Made by a program: the position numbers and the translations under genes. A stretch of 64,000 bases of DNA from Bacteroidia bacterium (lineage in GTDB: Bacteria; Bacteroidota; Bacteroidia; NS11-12g; UBA9320), in assembly GCA_965216465.1 (NCBI GenBank), contig CBDCFW010000001.1:96001-160000 (forward strand), read 5' to 3'. Within the stretch, counting starts at the first letter, position 1, and every line of letters starts with the position of its first letter. Below the pieces are notes generated by a model. It worked only from the letters and a program-made list of their open reading frames with translations, had not been told where the DNA came from and searched no databases. Shown piece after piece: positions 40,901 to 49,976 of the stretch.

Positions 40901-41676
40901 AATACCAAACCTTCTTCTTTAATAGCTAACTGACGACCTCTTAAAAACGTGACCGCAAAAGTTATTACTCCTCCAATCAGTGCTGAAGTCAATAGATTTA
41001 TGAACTCGACTTCTATGTTTCTAAATAGTAAGCTCGTTAAATAGCCATGGCCCAATCCTAATCCAACAATTATGAGAAAGAGGCTAATGTAGTTGTACTT
41101 CAATTTATCTGGAGAAAAGTGGCTTAAACCCGCAGCAGCAACACCACTAATCGCTCCAACTATGAATACCATAATGGCTAGATCAAAATCATAAAATGGA
41201 TTAAAAGCAATTAAGTAACCAGCTGCACCAAAGGCAAAAGGCTCAAGCCAGTGTGCATCTCTTCCATAATCAATTTCGTCTGCATCAGCGTCATTTTCAA
41301 TTTTTGCATCGTCGATGTGAAAATAAGATAAAAAGGCTCCTATAGGTGCCCCAATATATGCATAAGTTAATACCCAATACAGCTGATTGTCAGCATATTC
41401 CGGGAATATATATGCCACACCATAGTACATAGCAATGGCGGTAACCAATCCCCAGAATAAACCAAATAGCAGGTGCAAATGCATGAATAGAGATTTAAAG
41501 AACAACCTCAAAAATCCCACTTGAACAAATGCACCCACAATACCAATTATGATTACTTCCTTAACGTTGAATGGTACTCCAAAAATCATTGGAGAGATCA
41601 CGATTAACCCGATCCACCCTACCAAGCCTGTTACCAGACTTGATAGAATAGAACTTCGTTGTTTTAGCGACTTCAT
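40897..41676 (-). CDS. Hypothetical multi-pass membrane protein
   Basis: About 8 TM segments; central DYGRDAHWLEPF loop. Confidence 0.65.
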   Translation of the reverse strand: MKSLKQRSSILSSLVTGLVGWIGLIVISPMIFGVPFNVKEVIIIGIVGAFVQVGFLRLFFKSLFMHLHLLFGLFWGLVTAIAMYYGVAYIFPEYADNQLYWVLTYAYIGAPIGAFLSYFHIDDAKIENDADADEIDYGRDAHWLEPFAFGAAGYLIAFNPFYDFDLAIMVFIVGAISGVAAAGLSHFSPDKLKYNYISLFLIIVGLGLGHGYLTSLLFRNIEVEFINLLTSALIGGVITFAVTFLRGRQLAIKEEGLVL

Positions 41677-41684
41677 AGCTGATA

Positions 41685-42140
41685 TTATTTAGTTTGATTC
41701 TTTTCAGCTTCCATTAAGGCTAATCTTGCCTTTCTTGCCTGATTTTCTCCAGATTTTTTCTTGCCTCTAAACAGCATGTATAGATTGAAGAAGACCATTA
41801 CTCCCAAGAATACAGCCAAAACACCAACCTTATAACTTAAGGTTTCGAACATGTCTTGCTTGGTGAACTCGAGTAACAATTCATCGGTTGCATAATCACG
41901 AATCATAAAATCTGACTTGTTGATTTTCATGTAGAATAGTGCAAAGCCAAGGTTTAGCAGGTAAAAACCAACTTCAAATAATTTGTTGGTGCTCAAGGCA
42001 ATCTCGCTTCTGCCGTTAAATATGTCGAGCATAAAGATCTTTGAATTCTTAAAGAAGATGCGTGCGACGATAAAAGTTAGAAAAATAGCTACCGGAAGGT
42101 AGGCTACATAGGTGGTGACAATTAAATCTAGTTCTTTCAT
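41685..42140 (-). CDS. Conserved hypothetical membrane protein (paralog of 42152-42514)
   Basis: NKLFEVGFYLLNLG..KVG..LG..FFN. Confidence 0.7.
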   Translation of the reverse strand: MKELDLIVTTYVAYLPVAIFLTFIVARIFFKNSKIFMLDIFNGRSEIALSTNKLFEVGFYLLNLGFALFYMKINKSDFMIRDYATDELLLEFTKQDMFETLSYKVGVLAVFLGVMVFFNLYMLFRGKKKSGENQARKARLALMEAEKNQTK

Positions 42141-42151
42141 GATTTTAAATA

Positions 42152-42514
42152 TTAGTTGTTGAACATTTTTATAATTTTTTCTTTTTGTTTACTCATTAGG
42201 TTCAGCACGAGAATGTTGTTGTAGTGCAAAACCCCAAGAATGAGGAAGATCATACCCACTTTTTCTGTTAACTCAGACATCAATTCAAGTGCAGAATTAA
42301 TTTCGCGAAAAGAGGTGATTGATATAGCGATATATCCCATATTAACCAGGTAATAGCCGGTTAGTAATAGGTTGTTAATTGTTGTTGTAAATCGCTCATT
42401 TTCAAATAGATCAAGAATAAGAAAGTAGCCATGTTTGTGCAAATGCCTACCCACAAATACGGTTGTAATTAGGGTAATCGACAAGAACAAGATGTAAGCT
42501 ACTATATTATTCAT
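42152..42514 (-). CDS. Conserved hypothetical membrane protein
   Basis: NNLLLTGYYLVNMG..KVG..LG.LHYNN. Confidence 0.7.
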   Translation of the reverse strand: MNNIVAYILFLSITLITTVFVGRHLHKHGYFLILDLFENERFTTTINNLLLTGYYLVNMGYIAISITSFREINSALELMSELTEKVGMIFLILGVLHYNNILVLNLMSKQKEKIIKMFNN

Positions 42515-42525
42515 AATTATTGTAT

Positions 42526-42543
42526 TTTCAATATTTTTTGAAA
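42526..42543. promoter_or_regulatory. Putative GbsR-family operator TTTCA-N8-TGAAA
   Basis: TTTCA-ATATTTTT-TGAAA just upstream of the gene starting at 42514; second copy at 43096-43113. Confidence 0.7.
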
Positions 42544-42560
42544 CTTTGACATAAAAAAAA

Positions 42561-43058
42561 CTACACGAGTTTTAGCAGTACTTTATAGAACCAGTTTTCG
42601 TCAGATTTGATAAATTTCTCAAGCATCTTATCTACTTTAATTGCGAAATCTTCAATATCACTTACACGATCTAACAGTTCTTTATTCTCTTTTGTATCTG
42701 GAGTTTCATCTTTTAACTCTACCAATGCCGTAATAACAGGATCAAGTTCTCGTTTACGGCGTTGTTGAGCAATTTTTCGAGCCACTACCCAAATATCCTT
42801 CTTAGCACTGTAAAAGTCTTTCCGGTCACCAGCAACCATTTCTTTGTTAGCCAGCCCCCACTCTACCAATGCCCTCACATTCATATTGGTGTTTCCTCTT
42901 GAGATTTGAAGCGTATCCATCATCTCTTCTGTACTTAGGGCACTCTCTGAAATCATTAACAGTGCATGCAATTGAGCCATCGTTTTATTAATTCCCCAAT
43001 TACTACCCAGTATACCCCAGGTCTGTACAAATTTTTGTTGTTGCTCTGTTAATTTCAT
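42561..43058 (-). CDS. GbsR/MarR-family transcriptional regulator
   Basis: WG.LG..WGIN.TMAQ.HALL, ISRGN..MN..L.EWG, GDRK. Confidence 0.88.
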   Translation of the reverse strand: MKLTEQQQKFVQTWGILGSNWGINKTMAQLHALLMISESALSTEEMMDTLQISRGNTNMNVRALVEWGLANKEMVAGDRKDFYSAKKDIWVVARKIAQQRRKRELDPVITALVELKDETPDTKENKELLDRVSDIEDFAIKVDKMLEKFIKSDENWFYKVLLKLV

Positions 43059-43095
43059 TTCGATTTCTGGTACAAATATACAACTATTTTTATAT

Positions 43096-43113
43096 TTTCA
43101 AATATTTCTGAAA
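43096..43113. promoter_or_regulatory. Putative GbsR-family operator TTTCA-N8-TGAAA (autoregulatory)
   Basis: TTTCA-AATATTTC-TGAAA upstream of the minus-strand -7 box TATATTTG (43073-43080). Confidence 0.7.
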
Positions 43114-43132
43114 GTTTATTAATGTATGTTCC

Positions 43133-43160
43133 AAAAAAATCCCCAAGATGACTTGGGGAT
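43133..43160 (-). terminator. Intrinsic terminator after 3-hydroxybutyryl-CoA dehydrogenase gene
   Basis: ATCCCCAAG-ATGA-CTTGGGGAT hairpin with a T run on the minus strand. Confidence 0.75.
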
Positions 43161-43167
43161 ATAAATA

Positions 43168-44055
43168 TTATTTAAATGAATCGCTTACAATCAGTTCTTT
43201 CGTGCCGTGTGTCCAAGAGTAGAATCCTTCTCCAGATTTAACCCCCTTCTTACCTGCATTAACCATGTTTACCAATAACGGGCATGGAGCATACTTCGGA
43301 TTTCCAAATCCATCGTACAGTACATTTAGAATAGCTAAACATACATCCAAACCAATAAAATCAGCCAATTGTAACGGCCCCATAGGATGTGCCATTCCCA
43401 GCTTCATTACGGTATCGATGTTTTGAACCTCTCCTACACCTTCGTGTAACGTCCAAATAGCTTCGTTGATCATTGGCATAAGAATTCTGTTGGCAATAAA
43501 TCCTGGATAATCGTTGGCCATCGCCGGAACCTTTCCAATCTTCTTAGAAAGTTCATCAATAGTTGCGGTCACTTCTGGAGATGTATTGTATCCGTTAATA
43601 ATTTCAACCAATTTCATAATCGGTACAGGATTCATGAAGTGCATACCGATAACCTTATCAGGTCTTGAAGTTTGTGCTGCCAATTCAGTTATTGAGATTG
43701 ATGACGTATTCGATGCCAAGATGCACCCTTCTGGAGCGTGCTCATCCATATCTTTAAAGATCTTAAATTTAAGATCCTTATTCTCAGTAGCGGCTTCAAC
43801 CACAAGATCAGCTTGCTTTACACCGTCAGCTAAAGCAGTATAGGTGGTAATATTTGCAAGTGTAGCATCCTTATCAGCTGCAGTGATTTTTTCTTTTGCA
43901 ACCATACGATCTAAGTTCTTTGCAATGGTTGCTAGAGCTTTCTCTAACGCTGCCGCATTGATGTCAATTAATGAAACGGTATAACCATTTTGTGCAAATA
44001 CATGAGCAATTCCGTTGCCCATAGTACCTGATCCGATTACTGAAATATTTTGCAT
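43168..44055 (-). CDS. hbd: 3-hydroxybutyryl-CoA dehydrogenase
   Basis: GSGTMGNG, ASNTSS, GMHFMNP, PGFIANR, HPMGP. Confidence 0.92.
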   Translation of the reverse strand: MQNISVIGSGTMGNGIAHVFAQNGYTVSLIDINAAALEKALATIAKNLDRMVAKEKITAADKDATLANITTYTALADGVKQADLVVEAATENKDLKFKIFKDMDEHAPEGCILASNTSSISITELAAQTSRPDKVIGMHFMNPVPIMKLVEIINGYNTSPEVTATIDELSKKIGKVPAMANDYPGFIANRILMPMINEAIWTLHEGVGEVQNIDTVMKLGMAHPMGPLQLADFIGLDVCLAILNVLYDGFGNPKYAPCPLLVNMVNAGKKGVKSGEGFYSWTHGTKELIVSDSFK

Positions 44056-44128
44056 TTTTATTCTGTTTTTAGGTGGTGCAAACCTAAGAATTTATTGGTT
44101 AAGATTGAACCGTGTGGTACAATAATTG

Positions 44129-44710
44129 TCACTTGATGTTTAGCTGAACACTAAAGCCACTATAATAACCCATGCCTGGCTGATATGAATAGATTCTCGG
44201 AGCAACCTTCATACTCAAATCTTTATTCACTCTAAACTCTTTTAAATGAGCATCTACATTGGCATCAATGGCCTGCAAGGCATACAATCCTGCAAAACCC
44301 AGTATGGCTATATCTCTATACCTGCGATGGAAATCTCTAAAGTTTCTTATTGACGATTCGGATGCATTGGGATACAAATCAACTGTGTTGCTATCGCCAT
44401 CTATTTTTGCTGTAAGTATTTCTTGAAAGTGATTTAAGCTGTCGGTGTTGTATTTAAACATATAAGCTAAACCGCCAAATCCGGCATATACAATTCCAGC
44501 TTTCCAATACCTCTTGTTGTAAATCTGTCCAGCTCCAGGAATTACAAGCGACAATACCGTCGCCTTTTTTGGATCAGACCACTTTACAGCAGAATCTGTT
44601 ACAACGCTAGGATTTGCCTGCTGTTGTAGGTAAGCCGCATTATATGGCAATTGTGCATGCACATTTGTACACAAAACAATAAACAATGCTAGAAGTCCGA
44701 ATTGCTTCAC
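44129..44710 (-). CDS. DUF5683-like protein
   Basis: PKKA..S..IPGAGQIYNK.YWK, IDANVDAHL; follows parB as is common in Bacteroidota; GTG start. Confidence 0.8.
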   Translation of the reverse strand: MKQFGLLALFIVLCTNVHAQLPYNAAYLQQQANPSVVTDSAVKWSDPKKATVLSLVIPGAGQIYNKRYWKAGIVYAGFGGLAYMFKYNTDSLNHFQEILTAKIDGDSNTVDLYPNASESSIRNFRDFHRRYRDIAILGFAGLYALQAIDANVDAHLKEFRVNKDLSMKVAPRIYSYQPGMGYYSGFSVQLNIK

Positions 44711-44723
44711 GCAGCAAAGGTAT

Positions 44724-45596
44724 TTAAACCAATTTCTTTAAGATGTCTTCGAGTTGATCCTTTGACGAAAAACTGATAATAATCGTTCCGTTATCATTAG
44801 ATCTCGATTTAAAACGAACATCAGTATGCAATTTCTTAGCTAGGGAATTCTTTTGCGTGATGTAGTTTGAAAAGTCAAAGTACTTTGATGCTGCTTTGCT
44901 TGTAGTTCCCTCGCTAGTTCTTTCATTTCTTACTAGCTCTTCAACTTGACGAACCGAAAGATTTCCTTGAACAGCGGCATTGAAAATCGCCAATTGAGTC
45001 TGTTCATCTTCTACATTAACCAACGCCCGAGCATGTCCCATCATCAACTCACCATCTTTGATGGCCATTTGAATTTCGTCAGGCAGTCTCAATAAGCGTA
45101 GGTAATTATTTACTGTGCTTCTTTTCTTCCCTACACGTTCTCCTAAAGCTTCTTGTTTTAGGCCGCATTCGTCAATTAGTCGTTTATACGACAACGAGAT
45201 CTCAATTGCATTCAGATTTTCACGCTGAATGTTCTCAATCAAAGCCATTTCAAGCATCTGCTGATCATCAGCAAGACGAATGTAGGCAGGGATATGAGAA
45301 AGCCCTGCTAGAATAGAAGCTCTCGTTCTTCGTTCACCACTAATCAGCTCATACTTCTCGTAACCAATTTTTCGAACGGTGATTGGTTGAATTATACCGT
45401 GTACCTTAATTGACTCAGAAAGTTCTTCGAGAGCTTCATCATCAAATTCGGTACGTGGCTGAAAAGGATTAGCTATTATTTGACTAATTTTAATTTCTGC
45501 TATACTGTGAAGTGCCTTTGGCTCAATACCTGTTATATCGGTTTCTGCATTCTCTAGTAATGCACTGAGACCTCTTCCTAATGCTTGCTTGCTCAT
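44724..45596 (-). CDS. parB: Chromosome partitioning protein ParB
   Basis: ALGRGL, NPFQPR, GERR, ALIENIQRENL, HTH. Confidence 0.95.
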   Translation of the reverse strand: MSKQALGRGLSALLENAETDITGIEPKALHSIAEIKISQIIANPFQPRTEFDDEALEELSESIKVHGIIQPITVRKIGYEKYELISGERRTRASILAGLSHIPAYIRLADDQQMLEMALIENIQRENLNAIEISLSYKRLIDECGLKQEALGERVGKKRSTVNNYLRLLRLPDEIQMAIKDGELMMGHARALVNVEDEQTQLAIFNAAVQGNLSVRQVEELVRNERTSEGTTSKAASKYFDFSNYITQKNSLAKKLHTDVRFKSRSNDNGTIIISFSSKDQLEDILKKLV

Positions 45597-46393
45597 TGAA
45601 TAATCCTTTCTTCTTCGCTAATTTTAGTCAAACCGTTTTTCTGCAACAGCTCTCTAGCGAGATTGAGGTATCCAATACTTCCTGAAGCGGTTGCATCGTG
45701 TTCCAATACAGGAACCCCAAAACTTGGAGCTTCACTTAACGTGGTGTTTCTCTTTATGATTGTATCGAACACCAATTGTTGGAAATGTAGTTTTACTTCC
45801 TCAACAACTTGATTCGATAATCTTAATCTTGAATCGTACATAGTTAACAATAATCCTTCAATTTCTAAACGTGGATTTATGCTTCTTTGTACAATTTTGA
45901 TGGTATTTAATAGCTTTCCTAACCCTTCTAATGCGAAATACTCACATTGTACAGGAATAATCACTGAGTCTGCAGAACCCAAAGCGTTTGTAGTAATCAA
46001 ACCAAGCGAAGGAGAACAATCAATAATAATAAAGTCGTAGCTCGCTTTAACTTTATCGAGAATCCTGGCCATAATCTTCTCTCGATTAGGCAGGTCAATC
46101 ATTTCAATTTCTGCTCCTACAAGATCAATGTTTGCCGGAAGAATATTCAAAAACTCATTCTTAGTATCTAAGATAGCGTCAGATGGATTAAGATCTTGTA
46201 CCAATAACTCGTATAAACCAAGTCTTACATTTTTGGGATCAAAACCAAGGTGAGATGTTGAATTTGCTTGAGGATCTGCGTCAACCAACAACACACGATT
46301 TTCTAACACTGCAAGGCTATACGCCAAGTTGATCGCCGTCGTCGTTTTTCCTACTCCTCCTTTTTGATTTGCTATACAAATGATTTTAGACAT
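45593..46393 (-). CDS. parA: Chromosome partitioning ATPase ParA/Soj
   Basis: NQKGGVGKTT, DADPQAN, IDCSPSLG, QCEYFALEG. Confidence 0.95.
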   Translation of the reverse strand: MSKIICIANQKGGVGKTTTAINLAYSLAVLENRVLLVDADPQANSTSHLGFDPKNVRLGLYELLVQDLNPSDAILDTKNEFLNILPANIDLVGAEIEMIDLPNREKIMARILDKVKASYDFIIIDCSPSLGLITTNALGSADSVIIPVQCEYFALEGLGKLLNTIKIVQRSINPRLEIEGLLLTMYDSRLRLSNQVVEEVKLHFQQLVFDTIIKRNTTLSEAPSFGVPVLEHDATASGSIGYLNLARELLQKNGLTKISEEERIIQ

Positions 46394-46400
46394 GATTTTT

Positions 46401-47087
46401 TTATAATTCTATGGTTTGATTAATGTTTGGTAAAATGAGCTCAATTCCTCTATTCATAAATGTTTCGGTAGCTGAGCTGTGATTAATTTCAATGGGTGGG
46501 AAGGTATCGAAGTGCATCCCTATCACCTTTTTCGTGTGTACAAATTGAGCCGCCATTGCTGCATCATTAACTCCCATGGTAAAGTGGTCGCCAACAGGTA
46601 AAAACGCAAAGTCGACATCGAATTCATCTGCGATTAATTTCATATCAAGGGTTAGTGCGGTATCACCGGCATAGTAAAATGTTTTGCCTTGAGCTGTAAT
46701 TACAAAGCCGACTGGATTTCCACCATACGTACCATCTGGAAGCGAACTACTATGCTCAGCCTTTACCATCTTCATGGTGCAGAAACCAAGATTAATAGAC
46801 CCTCCAGTATTCATGGGCACACAATTTTCGATGCCTTGCTTTTGCAGCCACTCCGTAATTTCATAGGCCGCAATTACTTGTGCCTTCGATGCATCGGCAA
46901 TGGCCACAGCATCAGCAACATGATCTCCATGTCCGTGTGAAATCAAGATCACGTCGGGAGTTATTGTGGAAATGTCGATAGCACTTGCCTTAGGATTTGG
47001 AGAAATAAATGGATCAAACAGTATATTTTTACCGCCTATTTTCACCATAAAGCAAGAATGTCCGTAGTATGTAATCGATACAGTCAA
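46401..47087 (-). CDS. Metal-dependent hydrolase, metallo-beta-lactamase fold (UPF0173-like)
   Basis: GHSCF, SHGHGDH, AEHSS, AGDT, GMHFDTF. Confidence 0.88.
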   Translation of the reverse strand: MTVSITYYGHSCFMVKIGGKNILFDPFISPNPKASAIDISTITPDVILISHGHGDHVADAVAIADASKAQVIAAYEITEWLQKQGIENCVPMNTGGSINLGFCTMKMVKAEHSSSLPDGTYGGNPVGFVITAQGKTFYYAGDTALTLDMKLIADEFDVDFAFLPVGDHFTMGVNDAAMAAQFVHTKKVIGMHFDTFPPIEINHSSATETFMNRGIELILPNINQTIEL

Positions 47088-47135
47088 TTTGGTTCAAATT
47101 TGTGTTTCAAATCTAATCACATATATAAGGCAGTA

Positions 47136-48722
47136 ATGAACAGGTTTTTCTTAGTTATTCACATTAGTTTAGTGTTGATTTCTTGCAATTCTGGGTCGAA
47201 ATCTGACGACAAAGAAGTTTTTAGATATAACAGTTCAACCGGAATTACCTCTTTAGATCCTGCTTTTGCTCGAACTCAAGAAAACATACGTGCTGTAAAT
47301 CAGCTGTTTAACGGCTTGGTTCAACTTGATAATGATTTATTTGTTCAACCGGCTATTGCCAAATCGTGGACCATTTCAGACGACAACAAAGTGTACACTT
47401 TTACACTCAGAAACGATGTATTTTTCCACAATAGCAATGTTTTCACGGAAGGCAAAAGAACGGTGAATGCTTCAGATTTTGTTTATTCGTTTAATCGCAT
47501 TATTGACCCCAAAACTGCTTCTGATGGTGCTTGGATATTTAACGGCATAGTTGCTGACAATGAGCCATTTAAAGCACTCAACGACACGACATTCACCATA
47601 GAACTCAACAAACCCTTCACCCCTCTTGAGAGCATGCTAACCATGGCGTACTGCTACGTTGTTCCACGGGAGGCGGTTGAATCATTAGGCGACGACTTTG
47701 GTAAAAGTCCTATAGGAACGGGCCCCTTCAGATTTGCCAATTGGCAAGAAGGCATTAAACTGAATCTGCTTCGAAACGAAAATTACTTTGAGTCTATAGC
47801 ATCCAATCCTATTCCATATGTTGATGCTGTTTCTGTTTCATTTATCCAAAGTAAGCAAACCGAACTGCTCGAATTTTTACAAGGAAAACTGGATGTCTTT
47901 ACAGGACTCGAAAGCTCATTTAAAGATGAAATCCTTTCTGCTGAAGGTGAACTTAAATCGAAGTATCATATTCAATTTGAAATGGAAAAGATTCCTTTTC
48001 TAAATACCGAGTATCTTGCTTTTAATGTAGAAGACAGTTCTTCGCCTGTATTCAACCCAGCCTTGCGTAAAGCAATGAGTTTCGCAGTAGACCGACAAGC
48101 AATGGTTAAATACCTAAGAAATAATGTCGGTTTGCCGGCAAATGGAGGGTTTACTCCAAAAGGACTTCCTGGATATCACCATTTCTCAACGAGTTTGTAC
48201 AACCCTACAAAAGCGAAAACTATTGTAGATTCACTTAATTTTAGCTTTGAAGAACCGATTGTTTTAACCACTACCAAAGACTATCTCGACCTTTGTATTT
48301 TAGTTCAAAAGAACTTGGCTGATGTTGGCATTCCATTGAAGATAGATGTAGTTCCTTCGAGCTTACTCAAACAACAAAAATCCAGTGGTGACTTAGCCTT
48401 TTTTAGAAGCAGCTGGATTGCAGATTACCCCGATGCGGAAAACTACATGGCGTGCTTTCTTTCAAGTAATAAGGCACCCAATGGACCAAATTATACACGA
48501 ATACAGAATTCTACATTCGACAATTTATATCAGTCTTTACTTATTCCAAGGCAAACTGAAGAGAAGCTGAGCTTGCTTCGAGAAATGGAAGAAGAATTAC
48601 ATCGCACTACACCATTCATTGTTCTGTTTTATGACGAAAGCATCTGGATTCGGCCCAACACACTTCAAGGTCTGAAGGTTAATTCTTTAAATCATATGGA
48701 TTTGAAGCAAGTTAGAAAGTAA
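47136..48722 (+). CDS. ABC transporter substrate-binding lipoprotein (peptide/nickel family 5)
   Basis: Lipobox LISC, SLDPA, YTFTLR, PIGTGPF, WIADYPD. Start at ATG 47136. Confidence 0.88.
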   Translation: MNRFFLVIHISLVLISCNSGSKSDDKEVFRYNSSTGITSLDPAFARTQENIRAVNQLFNGLVQLDNDLFVQPAIAKSWTISDDNKVYTFTLRNDVFFHNSNVFTEGKRTVNASDFVYSFNRIIDPKTASDGAWIFNGIVADNEPFKALNDTTFTIELNKPFTPLESMLTMAYCYVVPREAVESLGDDFGKSPIGTGPFRFANWQEGIKLNLLRNENYFESIASNPIPYVDAVSVSFIQSKQTELLEFLQGKLDVFTGLESSFKDEILSAEGELKSKYHIQFEMEKIPFLNTEYLAFNVEDSSSPVFNPALRKAMSFAVDRQAMVKYLRNNVGLPANGGFTPKGLPGYHHFSTSLYNPTKAKTIVDSLNFSFEEPIVLTTTKDYLDLCILVQKNLADVGIPLKIDVVPSSLLKQQKSSGDLAFFRSSWIADYPDAENYMACFLSSNKAPNGPNYTRIQNSTFDNLYQSLLIPRQTEEKLSLLREMEEELHRTTPFIVLFYDESIWIRPNTLQGLKVNSLNHMDLKQVRK

Positions 48723-48764
48723 TTCTATTCTGCTATATTCGTAAGGTAACCAACTTAAAATCTT

Positions 48765-49178
48765 ATGAATCCAATACTTAGAAACATTTTAGTAGTAATC
48801 GGCGGACTCTTTGTTGGAGGGCTCGTTAACGGTCTCATTGTATCCATCAGTGGATCTGTGATTCCATTACCCGGGGATATAGACCCCAATGACATGGAAG
48901 CTTTAAAGGATGCTATTGGCTCATTTGAGACCAAACATTATATAATGCCTTTTCTTGCACATGCACTGGGCACTTTGGTAGCAGCCTTTCTTATTGCAAA
49001 ATTTGCGGTATCTGCTCATATGCAACTCGCTGTATTCATCCCAGGAATTTTATTCTTAATAGGTGGGATTATGGCAAGCCAGATGCTAGGAACACCTATG
49101 GTTCCAACTGTTGTTGATTTGGTATTTGCCTATCTTCCAATGGCATTCATTGGATATAAGCTAGGCTACAAGAAATAA
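48765..49178 (+). CDS. Conserved hypothetical membrane protein
   Basis: About 4 TM segments; PFLAHALGT, DL..AYLPMA. Confidence 0.7.
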   Translation: MNPILRNILVVIGGLFVGGLVNGLIVSISGSVIPLPGDIDPNDMEALKDAIGSFETKHYIMPFLAHALGTLVAAFLIAKFAVSAHMQLAVFIPGILFLIGGIMASQMLGTPMVPTVVDLVFAYLPMAFIGYKLGYKK

Positions 49179-49191
49179 TTTAAGAGAAAGT

Positions 49192-49731
49192 TTAGCCAGA
49201 TTTTCTTACACTAGAAACTTTTGGGCCACCTTTGGCTTTGCTTTGAGCCTTAGGTGCAGACTTAGTTTGCTGTGGTTTTTTAGCTGCAGTCTTCTTTTCA
49301 GTTGCTTCTGCGTGATCTTCAGCTTCTTCGTCCATTAAGTTATTGAAGTCTAACTTGTCTTTTAATAGATTGTACCAGCTTACAAGCTTAAGAATGTCTG
49401 AATTGTAAACTTGGTCTTCGTCAAAATTTTCAAGTACCGTTCTAAAAAATGTTCTGATTTCATCACCAGAATTTTTCTTAGTTACCAATGCTAGACCACC
49501 TTCAACCTTTTCGTGCAAGCTTTTTAATATTACATCAAGCTTCTCATCACCTTCGTAGGTATACATTGATATATCGCTTAAAAACGAAACTTTTTGCGTT
49601 AAGTTGGTAGGGAATCTTTTTTTAGATCCATCTAAACTCTCAACAATAAGACCGTTTGGTCTTCTACCTACTAATTTGTGCAATCCTGGTTTGCCTGAAA
49701 CCGAAACAATATCTGATAAGTATAATGCCAT
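49192..49731 (-). CDS. DUF5606-like protein
   Basis: IVSVSGKPGL, L.DIS.YT, VY.SDI.K..WYN.L; basic tail. Confidence 0.8.
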   Translation of the reverse strand: MALYLSDIVSVSGKPGLHKLVGRRPNGLIVESLDGSKKRFPTNLTQKVSFLSDISMYTYEGDEKLDVILKSLHEKVEGGLALVTKKNSGDEIRTFFRTVLENFDEDQVYNSDILKLVSWYNLLKDKLDFNNLMDEEAEDHAEATEKKTAAKKPQQTKSAPKAQSKAKGGPKVSSVRKSG

Positions 49732-49873
49732 GTGTAATATTTTGTGCGAATGTATTTATTAAAATGATATGGTTTGTAAGGTTTTTATAAGAATTACTTT
49801 TTTCTGCTAAATGTCATATAATTCTTAGCTTTTTCCGTTTGTCAAGTGAATACGCACTTTTATCCAATTGCAA

Positions 49874-49900
49874 TGAAACAAATAGACATTTCTTGCGTTA
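49874..49900 (+). promoter_or_regulatory. Putative ECF-sigma promoter TGAAAC-N16-CGTTA
   Basis: -35 TGAAAC at 49874-49879, 16-nt spacer, -10 CGTTA at 49896-49900. Confidence 0.55.
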
Positions 49901-49905
49901 TGTGT

Positions 49906-49976
49906 TTGGGTAAATTTGATTTAATTGGTTAGTTAGTTGGTAAAGGAGGCCGTTACTCGGCCTCCTTTCCTATTTT
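49906..49976 (+). ncRNA. Candidate small regulatory RNA (~70 nt)
   Basis: Lies between an ECF-type promoter and an 11-bp hairpin; C-free GU-rich body; no downstream plus-strand gene. 5' end inferred. Confidence 0.5.
49942..49968. terminator. Hairpin terminator (candidate sRNA and/or kdsA)
   Basis: AAAGGAGGCCG-TTACT-CGGCCTCCTTT. Confidence 0.8.

Noticed and set aside
44724-47700. parS site near parAB
   Set aside because: No TGTTTCACGTGAAACA-like palindrome found by eye; GTTCCACG at 47661 is only a half match inside a CDS.
49873-49932. 19-aa ORF MKQIDISCVMCLGKFDLIG with CxxC overlapping the sRNA candidate
   Set aside because: Very short, and its start lies inside the putative -35 element. 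Probably chance, but it is the alternative explanation if ribosome profiling shows translation.
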